From assembly GCA_049860595.1 (NCBI GenBank), contig CP187551.1: a stretch of 64,000 nt of DNA. One strand, written 5' to 3'. This document shows, in pieces, positions 63,452 through 64,000 of this stretch; positions within the stretch are counted from its first letter, which is position 1, and every line of letters begins with the position of its first letter. This stretch comes from Methanocaldococcus sp. 16A (GTDB lineage Archaea; AGJL01; Methanococci; Methanococcales; Methanocaldococcaceae). Position numbers and translations under genes: made by a program. A model generated the notes under the pieces. It had not been told where the DNA came from, ran no database searches, and saw nothing but the letters and a program-made list of their open reading frames with translations.

Positions 63452-64000
63452 TTATTTTCTTCTTCTCCTTCTTCTTCTCTTGTCTTTTGGTTGAATGATT
63501 ATTCTGTATTTTGGATTTGCAGCTTTCTCTAAGAACTCTTCATAAGTAAATGGTAACTTTGTATCGTCAGTTATAACTCCTCTGTTTTTGAGGTATTCTC
63601 TTGTTAATAAGTAGTAGATTAAAGCAACTGCTTTCTTACCTTTGTTGTTTGTTGGAATTACCAAGTCGATGAATGATGTTAAGTGCTCTGTATCACATAG
63701 ACCAACAATTGGAACTCCAACCTCTGTAGCTTCTTTCAATGCTTGTCTATCAACTCTTGGGTCGCTGATAAATACAACCTCTGGCTCCATAAAGCCCTTG
63801 TATGCAGGGTTTGTTAATGTTCCAGGAACGAATCTTCCTGGAATTGTCCTAATCCCAGTGTATTTTCCAAATTCTTCTAATGGGCCCATAGTATAGATTC
63901 TTCTTGAAACAGCTAATATATCTTCTGGTTCATATTTTGCTAAGAATTTAGCAGCTATTCTTAATCTCTCATCTGTTTTTCTAACATCCAAAACATATAA
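63452..64000 (-). CDS. rps2: 30S ribosomal protein S2 (5' end outside window)
   Basis: [28 protein letters not shown]. Confidence 0.95.
   Translation of the reverse strand, partial: LYVLDVRKTDERLRIAAKFLAKYEPEDILAVSRRIYTMGPLEEFGKYTGIRTIPGRFVPGTLTNPAYKGFMEPEVVFISDPRVDRQALKEATEVGVPIVGLCDTEHLTSFIDLVIPTNNKGKKAVALIYYLLTREYLKNRGVITDDTKLPFTYEEFLEKAANPKYRIIIQPKDKRRRRRRRK

Noticed and set aside
1956-63896. Many 60-146 aa ORFs antisense to or overlapping recognised genes (e.g. 9203-9640, 22082-22522, 46235-46636, 50261-50659, 58285-58686, 61125-61541)
   Set aside because: Shadow frames of well-supported genes; F/S/I/L-rich composition mirrors K/E-rich sense codons; no RBS or motifs.
1-64000. tRNA, rRNA, SECIS or other structured RNA genes
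   Set aside because: No GC-rich island of the kind expected for structured RNA in an AT-rich hyperthermophile, and no in-frame TGA in a selenoprotein-type gene was seen; tRNAscan/Infernal would be decisive.

Overview
AT-rich chromosomal segment of a hyperthermophilic methanogenic archaeon. Gene content and protein sequences point to a Methanocaldococcus-type genome. It is mostly core genes: fni, hdrCB, radA, F420-dependent sulfite reductase, cfbC, argF, trm5, rfcL, polB with two inteins, moeA, cofC, a complete archaellum cluster (flaB1-B2-B3-C-D-E-F-G-H-I-J, flaK, earA), a chlI/chlD-type chelatase, secG, coaBC, nadX, NAD kinase/NADP phosphatase, sepF, trpC, rps3ae and a partial rps2. I saw no tRNA, rRNA, CRISPR array or transposase. 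The main signals are: (1) two genes, the chelatase and flaC, broken by the same in-phase T-A9-C run, each repaired by a -1 shift; (2) a degenerate P-II-like fusion gene with an NrpR-type GGAA-N6-TTCC operator, which shares a short motif with an ECF-S-like membrane protein, the two flanking an HTH + MinD/ParA pair; (3) an unknown two-gene insertion between the RsmC-like gene and trm5, whose second protein has 32-aa repeats and a PD-(D/E)xK-like tail; (4) about 14 copies of a ~93-bp palindromic MITE-like element, one of which rewrites a gene's C-terminus; (5) paired TGTG-N11-CACA boxes around the fsr promoter; (6) an archaellin with a ~109-aa sequon-rich insertion and 152 nt of perfect identity to its neighbour. 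All product calls come from motif recognition and recall; no database search was run.
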